Of a DNA stretch of 64,000 nt, positions 53,544 through 62,500 are shown piece after piece. Both the position numbers and the translations under genes were made by a program. Under the pieces are notes generated by a model. It saw only the letters and a list, made by a program, of their open reading frames with translations. It searched no databases and was not told the origin of the DNA. The stretch comes from a virus (lineage: Duplodnaviria; Caudoviricetes), in the IMG/VR virus record IMGVR_UViG_3300037454_000078, positions 17,435 through 81,434 of that record; one strand, 5' to 3'. Positions within the stretch are counted from its first letter, which is position 1. Each line of letters starts with the position of its first letter.

Positions 53544-56500
53544 TTACGCTGCTTTTAATTGTTCAACTTCATATCTTAGTCTCTCGTTCTCTTTTTCAAG
53601 TTCGGCTATCCTGCGCTCATGGTCAACGACCTTCTTTGCCGTGACAATAGTGGCGACAACGGCGGCAACACCATATTGCATGCTGAGTTCGCCACTCTTA
53701 TCCTTTACAACTTCTGGAAGTACCTTCTGCCAGTATTGTGCTATCGTACCAGCCTGTTCGCCCTCCGAGCGGTTGTCCTTCCATAAGAACCGTATCGCTG
53801 GCGCGTCAGCCACTTGCTCTACCGTAAGCGGAAGGTCGCACAGGATATTCTTGTACCTTATGTCGGAAAGACAGGTCACACCGCCAGTAGCGTAGATGTC
53901 ACCATCCACGTCGAGTTTGTATGACGGCGTACCTGTACCTATCCTCACGTTTCCGTTGCTGCTGATGCGGAACACCTGCGGCTGACTGCTTGTACCGCAA
54001 AAAATCCTTATGTAACTCTTTGCGTAGATGTTGGTATAGTAGCCGTACAAGGTGGTTGTCATCGTATTGTCGTACATGCCACGACCGATGCTCAACACGT
54101 TGCTGTTGCTGACATTTATGCAGTCAAGGTCAACGGGTGTGCCAGACGATACAAACGATTCCATGTAGAGTGATTTGCCGTTCTCCATATATACGTTACC
54201 GCTGAACCTTGTCGTCGCAGCCGTCACGCACAGGTCTGAACCAGTACTGTCAAGCGCAATCGTTCCGACGGACGTGCCGCTAAACTTAAACGACAAGGAG
54301 GAATTGTTTATCTCCGTGGTGAGCGGGTTGCTTCCGCCTCCGTACACCGACTTTCCGTAGATAGTCTGCGTGGCATTGCTCATTGAGCCGTTTGTCAGCG
54401 TGCCTACAGTAAGGTCGTTGTTGACGGTCACGTTGCCGCTGCTGTCGAGCGTCAGTCCAGTAGTGCGCGACGTGCCGTACCTAAGATAGACATTGTTTCC
54501 GTTTATGTAGGTACTATATCCTTGCCCAGACATTCCGTAAGCAAGGTGTATGGAGTTTGTAGTATCAACGGAAAGAACGGAATAACTTTGCGCAGTCCCA
54601 GACGATGGGTTGTTTTTCCAGAATATAGCCTTGTCATTGCTCATATAGACACCATTCGCAATAGACAAACTACCATTATAATCAAGCGTGAGTCCGTTCG
54701 TCCTTGTCGTTCCGTAATTAAAAAAGATATTATACCCGTAGATATACGTGCTATACCCAGCACCAGCCGTTCCGTAACCGAAGAATAACGAGTTGCTGTC
54801 GTTCAGACCGATGGTATTGTATGCTACGGCATCGCCTGACGCAGGTTCGTTATACCAGTACAGGCTCTTGTTGTTGGCAAGGTAGATATGGTTGTTTGCT
54901 GTCAACGTGCCTGTAATCGTCGCAGCACTTGCAACACTCAATGTTCCGCCGATATTGCTGTTTCCAGTGGCATTAAATGTTCCGTTGACATGGAGTTTAT
55001 ATGATGGAGACGACGTGCCAATACCAATGTTTCCAGATTCATTTATAAATAAACCAGTAGTACGTGCCGTACCATATCTAAGATTTATAATCCTACCATA
55101 AATATTTGTTGAATAACCTGCGGCAGCAGTACCATAACCTAATAGCAAAGCGTTGTTTTGGCTCAAGCCAAGCGCAGTGTAGTCGGTTGCCGTCTCTCCC
55201 TCGGCAGGATTGTCCTTAACACATATATAGGAACCATTGTTAAGATAAAGACTGCCCGTTATATCAGCCGTACCGTTAAAGGACTGACCCCATATTGTTC
55301 TCGACGTGTTAAGTTGTTCTGCCTTGTTGGCAACGCCGTTTGTGAAGTAACCTTCAAGTGTGGTTACACGTGATGATGTCGCATAAGTACCAGATATGTC
55401 TGGAATGTCCGCAGCAGCAAGCGTCTTGCTTGAAACGCTTGTGACGTGACCGAGGCTGTTGACGGTTATCGCGCCAAGAACCTTTCCGCTTGCGGCACTG
55501 ATGGTTGTGTTCGCGCCGTTTGTCGGATGCGAATACGACAATGTTATGTACTTGTTTGTCGTGTCATTTGTGATGGTTATATCGCCGCCTGACTTGATGT
55601 AAAGGCTTGCGTTGGCATTCGGCTTGAAATCAAGCACCTTTGTCGTATTACCGTAAACAGAAAGCGTGTAAAGCGTTTGGTGCGCCGTCAATACTTTCGT
55701 ACTGTTGGAGTAAAGGCAGTTGTCCGTTCCGATATAGACGTTGCTGTTCGAGTATGTCTGCGGGTTTGCTCCCTGCGATGTAGCACCGACGAGGAACATC
55801 TTCGTGGAAGCCTTGTTCGTTGTTCCAGCGGTATTCTTTGTGTCGGTGTACGTGGTAAGGTAGCCCTGGCCCTGAACCCATGTCTGCGTCGCATATCCGC
55901 CGCTTGTGAGCGCGGCGGTAATGTATGACAGGTGGATAGTCCTGTTGCTCGTCGCCTGTGCTGCAAGGGCATCCCACGTGACATCGCCGCCACCACCGCC
56001 GCCATCACTACCTTGTCCGAGTGCAGAAATGAAGGAATCAGTGTAAAGACCGTAGTTCGCCTTGATGACATACGGGTCTGACGGAGTACCTGAACCCTCA
56101 CGTGTAAACATAGCCCACAGCGTGTTTACCATGTCCTTCAATGTCGTGGTGAAGCCCTCATATCCGCTTGCATAGGTCAATGCGAGTGTGCCTGTCTTAC
56201 TGATTGGAGTACCGCTAACAGAGAACCCCGTAGGCACTGTCATAGAAACGCTTGTGACAGGCGTGATAGTACTACTGCCAAGCGTGATTACGCCGCTTGC
56301 TATCTTGGCGTCTGTAATACCATAACCACTAAGTGTCGTCGGCTTATCAGATGTAATTTTATTCCATGACAAGTCTGGAATCCTCGCCGCATCAAAAGTG
56401 CCGCTCGTTATCTTGCTTGCGGCAAGGTTCGGAATGTCTGCCGACACAAGTTTGCGGAACGTCGCCACACCACTACTTCCGTTCGGTGCGGCAAGCACAT

Positions 56501-59500
56501 AGTTGGCCGTCCTACTTGTAGACGCATCGTAAACCTTTGTCGAGAAGTTTGTCAGGTTCTCGATGCTGGGTACTTGTGATGCCGTCGCCGTACCAGTTAT
56601 CTCACTGAAAGCGTAACTTGGTTTAGTTGACGCTTTCGCCCATGATGATATATCCGAGGAAAGCAGATAATCACCAAGGTTGTCCTGTACGAGATACCAC
56701 GTCGCACTTGCGAAAGACCCGTTGCCGTCTGACGTGCGTTCATATACCTTCCGCGTGTTGTACTCCTGATAACGCTGCCTAACGTAATAACTATTACGCG
56801 ACTTTATAACCTCCAGACGGAAAGAATACTTGTTTGTCGTCGGTCTGTCTGTCACGTATTCCGTGCTTGCATCATTATACTGTGCGTATGTACCAGCCGT
56901 GTTTATAGTGTTAAGGCTTACCGTGTTTGTAGAACTTGCGCCTATTAGGGTGTACTCTCTAATTCCAAGGAATCGTCCGTCGCTTTCCGTCTTGGTGTAG
57001 GCATCGGTAATTCCATAGCCACTAAGTGTTGTTGCCTTTGTCGCATACCCAGCGAGTGCCGTTGTCAGGTGCGATATGTTTATCTGTTCTGTGGTAGAAC
57101 CAGCCAATGCCCGCCAAGTGACATCGCCTTGACCGCCACCACCGCTGTCAGACCCCATACCCAAGGCGGACACAGCACCTCTTGCATATAGGTTTGCGGC
57201 AACATGTGTAGTACCGCTTAACTTGTATATCTCAATCGCTCCGTTTGTATGGTCGTAACCAAGATAAATGTTACCTATCTTGATGTATGCGCCATCATTT
57301 GTGGAGGTCTGTATGTTTCCAGATGCCGTAAGCAGGCCAGATATTGTCGCAGTGCTGCCGATGTTAAGCGTCGTCCCGTAGATGGCATTCCACCTTGCAG
57401 ACGATGTACCGAGACTGAACAGCCCAGTACATACGTTCAGCGGCTTGAATGCCGTGCCGTTGAAAATAAGACCAAGCGTTCCCTGCGTTGACGATGCAGA
57501 TGAAGAGCCGTAGCCAAGATACAGCCCTGCACTTTCCGCACTGTCGAGGTGCAAACCGTTTGAGTCCGAATAGATGTTACCACCTTCTGATGTTGATGAC
57601 AGACGGACACCGATGGTTCCAAGCACATCAAGTTTCCTTGTCGGAGACGATATGCCTACACCTACATTGCCTTGCGCCATCCAAGTGTTTGTGCCATTTG
57701 TTGCTATGACCCAAGTTCCGTTTGCGGCGCTTGTTCCGTTGTATATTCCCCTGTTACCGCTCGCACCCATAAGCAGTTCAATGGAACCCATACTGTTTGT
57801 CGCCTCGAAATAAGAGGCCGATGCGGTTGTTTTCGTAATGGTGTTGTTTCCGTCTGCGCTAATCGTCCCTACTCCAGTAAGATTGCCGCTTACGTCAGCC
57901 GTACCATCAAAGGACTGACCCCAGAGCGTCACAGAAGCAGCCAGTTTCGTCGCCGTGCTCGCATTGCCAGTGAGCGTAGCCTTTATCGTCGATGGCAGTT
58001 TCAGGGTGAAGTCCGAGCTGCCGTCTATGCTGTTGTTAGCCTTCGTGTTCGTGCCATCACTGTCGCTGATGGTGACAGTCCGCGCCGTACCCCACTTAGC
58101 CGTTGTGATGCTACTGCCGAGGCTTACGGATGTCCCGTTCACCGTCACCGAGGAGTTCACCAACTTAGAGTTGGCTATGCTGCCTGCAAGCATGGCGTTC
58201 GTCACCACGCCAGTACCTATAGTCGTGGTGATGCTTGCATCCGCGCTGCCGTCGAACGACACGGAACCAGTCACGTTACCCGTCAGGGAGATGGTGCATG
58301 CCGTCTGTAGTTTGGTCGCTGATGCAACATTTGATGTTGTGAATGCTACAGTTTTCCAGTTTCCACTCAGACTGTTAGAAGAACGTGAATAGATGTCACC
58401 AACACTGCTCACAACTATCTGACCATAGTAACTTGCTGCTGTCTTGAATGAGAACACTCCGAAAGCACCTACACCAGTTGGTTTGTCTTCAATGGTATTG
58501 CCACCACCAAACGCCTTATAAATAAGGTCTTTTGAATGTGTGAACGTACTGAGGCTTGTTACTGTCTCTGGATATTGAGCAAGTCCGTATGCACTATTAG
58601 CAACTTCATCTGTAAAGTACCCTTCTAATGTCGTAACACGGGAAACGGTGGAGTATATCGATGATAGGTCTGGAATCCTCGCTGCATCGAATGTCCCTGA
58701 CGTGATTTTGCTTGCCGCGAGGTTTGGTATGTCTGCTGCGACCAATGCACGGAAGGTAGCAGCACCGTTAGAGCCATTGGGTGCGGCAAGCACCGTGTTC
58801 TTTGTTCTGGTGTCGCCTGTCTTCCAGTAGTCGGTGGGTATCTGTGATGTCAGCGCATATCCGCTAAGTGCTCCTGTCAGGTGGCTGATGTTTATCGGTC
58901 TCGTGTCGTTGCTTTCAAGCAATTGCCACGTCACGTCACCCTGACCTCCACCGCCATCTGAACCCTGACCCAATGCGGACACCGCACCACGCGCATAGAG
59001 GTTGGCGGCGACATGGGTAGAGCCGCTGAGTTTGTATATCTCAAGATTGCCTTCAGAGTCCTCCCCGATGTAGATGCTGCCAATCTTGATATAGCCGCTC
59101 ATCGTGAGGTTCGCGACATAGTTGAGCGAAGCGTTGGAAGAACTTGTTCCTATGGATGTGGGTACACCGCCTGATGTCCAGTAGGTGTTGCCAAAGAGCG
59201 TCTTGCTGACAACAGACAGTTTATCTGCCGTCGTCGCTTTGGTGGCATACGGAATCGTCAGGTCGGCATCCGTGCCGTTGGTGTTCACGCGCAGGTAGTT
59301 GCCGCTGATACTCACGGAGCGTACACCGCTGTTGGTGATGCTGACGTTGAAGTAGTTGTCGCTTCCGCTCTTGCCTGTTCCTGTTCCTGCGGCTGCGTAG
59401 GCAATGGAGATACCATCACCCGCGTTGAAGTTGATGGCTTTCGTGTCCGTACCAGTGCCTACCTTGCTCGACCCTCCGACATAGACGTTACGCCATGTGT

Positions 59501-62500
59501 TCACGTCGGAACTCCAGAAAGGCACGCCAGAGCCGTTCATCTTCAGCACCTGCCCCTCCGTTCCTGCAGCGATGTAGGCGGTCGTTCCAGCGGCTGACTG
59601 ATAGGGGATAGAGCCTGCCGCACCGCCAGAGAGGTTCGTAGCCGATGCGACATTGCTGTCAAGGAACGCGAAGGTCTTCCATTCAGAGAAATTATATACA
59701 CCGTCTGATACCTTGTTTATCCTCCTGTACTTCAGCGTGTCGCTATAAGCAGCGCCCTTTATCTGCATTGTACGCAGGTTATAGCCGAAACTGGCGAGGA
59801 TGGTATATTTGCCTATATCATCCAATGTCACATCAGCAGATGTAAGACTGTTGAAGTTGACGGCTACGAAACTTCCCTTTTCAATGGTATAGTCTGTGTA
59901 TGTGTCGTAGTCGTCACCGCTTGCCATCCTGATAGGATACAAGCCCCATGCGTCTTTTGCGATGCCACTGGTGAAGTATCCCTCCAAGGTCGTTGCCCTT
60001 GCTGATGTCGCGTATGTCGATGACAGCTCAGGAATGTCAGATGCCGACAAGGTGTTTCCTGCCGTCACCCTTCCGTATGTGTCCACCGTGACCTTAGTGT
60101 ATGTGTCTGCCGTCACACCAGTAGCCTTGAGGTTAAGCACCTCACTGCTGATACTGAGTGTAGCGCCTACCTTGACACCTCCCTTTGTCGATGATGATGC
60201 CGTTGGAAGGGTGTAGTTGTTGAAGTTGGCAGACACCCAACTCTGTGTAGCGTAACTGCTGAGAGTACCAGCGATGTATGAGGCATCTATCCACCTATCG
60301 CTGCTTGCTGTACCCTTTAGCAAATCCCAAGTCACATCGCCCTGACCTCCACCGCCTCCGTCTGTTCCCATGCCCAAAGCAGAGACAGCACCCGTGGCGT
60401 AGAAGTTCGCTGCGGTCGTGCCATCGCTCTGCACTACCTTTATTGCGTTGTTTGTGGAGTCATAGACCAGACGGATACCGCCTACCTGCACGTAAGCGCC
60501 ATCAGATGAGCCAGTCTTTATGTTTCCGTTGGCGGTAAGCAATCCGGTCAGGGTCGTCGCACCAGAGACACTTAGCGTTCCTTTTACGGACACCGCGCCG
60601 TCGGAGATTAACAAGTCAATATTATTTGTGGTATTGGCGGCTTTTCCGTTGGTGACGAAACCAATCTTGCCACCAGACACAGCGGCCTGGATATAGTTGT
60701 AACTTCCCCTCGCGAATGATATGTGTGCAGTGGCAGACGTGTTGCTGATTGCAAGGGTGTCTGTAGTGGTAGTGCTACTTACGGAAAGCGTTGAACTCAG
60801 TGTCATCGCACCAGTGACGCCAAACGTGCCATCGATGTGTAATTTGTATGACGGTGAACTCGTTCCTACACCGAGCTTCGAAGTTGTGGTGTCGAAGTAG
60901 AGTAGTGAATCAATGTTCGTCACGTAGTTCAGTGCGGCTGGGGTGCTGCTTGTGCCAATAGAGGTAGGCACGCCTCCTGACGTCCAGTAGGTATTACCCC
61001 ATAGCGTCTTGCTCACGGTAGTCAGTTTCTTCGCACTGTTGGCATTCCCGCTTGCGTCAAAGTACCCCTGTAATGTGGTTACGTCAGAATCCTTTGCGAA
61101 ATATGATGAATCGTGGTTGTCGAGTTTGTCTGCATTATCCGCATAAGTCGCATTTGTAGCGCACGTGTCATCCACACTGACAAACTGAGTCTCATCAGCA
61201 GGAATGGTGTTGAAGATATAGTCGCCTGCCGTGTCGGATGAGGTGTTGAACAACTGCCATCTACTAACGGAAACAGCCCAGTTCCCCTCATCGAGAACCC
61301 TGAAGCGGGCGTGACGGTATGTTTCCGTTATCTTATAGTACAGTCTGCAAGTAAGGCTGTTGGAAGTCACCTTGGTCGTCAGGATGAAGTCACTCACATC
61401 GAGACCTGCCGCCTTGACTATCCACTTTGCGTATGTAATCGTGGTGTTGATGGTCGATGCTCCTGACTCCACACGCCCTTGGATGAGCAAAATGCCCCTT
61501 GCGTCAGAGTAGAAGTTATCCACTAAGAATACGATTGTCGTGTTCCTTGAGCCTGTTCCGTTTACGGTACACTCCCCTGCGAGGTGGTATGGGTTGGTCT
61601 TCCCCATGCCGCCATCATAGGCGTAACAGTACCTCAGTTGCGTCGCCACATTAGCGTTATTGGCGACACCATCGGTAAAGTACCCTTCCAGCGTAGCCAC
61701 CCTTGCGGATGTGGAATATGTAGATGAAAGGTCGGGTATGTCCGCTGCGACCAAGGCACGGAACGATGCCGTGCCGTTAGAGCCGTTCGGGGCTGCAAGG
61801 ACGGTGTTCTTCGTGCGTGAGTCGCCAGTCTTCCAGTAGTCGGTGGGATAGGCGGGAAGCGACACGATACCATTTGTGGGATTATAGGCGGTAGTACCCA
61901 CCTTTACCTGAGTGACCGTGCCGATATTGGTGGTATAGCCCTGCTGTTGCACCCATGACTGCGTGGCGTAACCGTTAAGCGCCGTTGTGAGGTGGCTGAT
62001 GTTTATCTGCTCAGAAGTGGCGTTCCCGAGCGCATTCCACACGGTATCCATATCGACGCTACCGCCACCGTCTGTTCCCTGACCCAAGGCACTGATGTAC
62101 TGCTGTGTCCAGAAGCCGAACATCGCCTTGATACTGTCAACATTTGACGTGTCGTTATTAGGCGTCACCTCGGTATTCCCGTTGTATGCCTTGAAGAGCG
62201 CACTGAAGAATGCGATGTCCAGTTTGCTGTCGAGAGCCGTCTGCAAGCCCGTTATCTTCGATATGGCGAGGCTCGGTATGCGGGCGGCGTCAAACGTTCC
62301 TGACGTTATCTTTGAGGCAGAGAGGTTAGGTATGTCTGCTGCTACCAGTGCGCGGAAAGTGGCGGCACCCGCACTCCCGTTTGGAGCGGCAAGCACCGTG
62401 TTCTTCGTGCGTGATGCGGAGGCATCATATACCTTCGTGGAGAAATTCGTCAATTCCTCTATACTCGGCAACTGCGACGCCGTCGCGCTACCCGTTATCT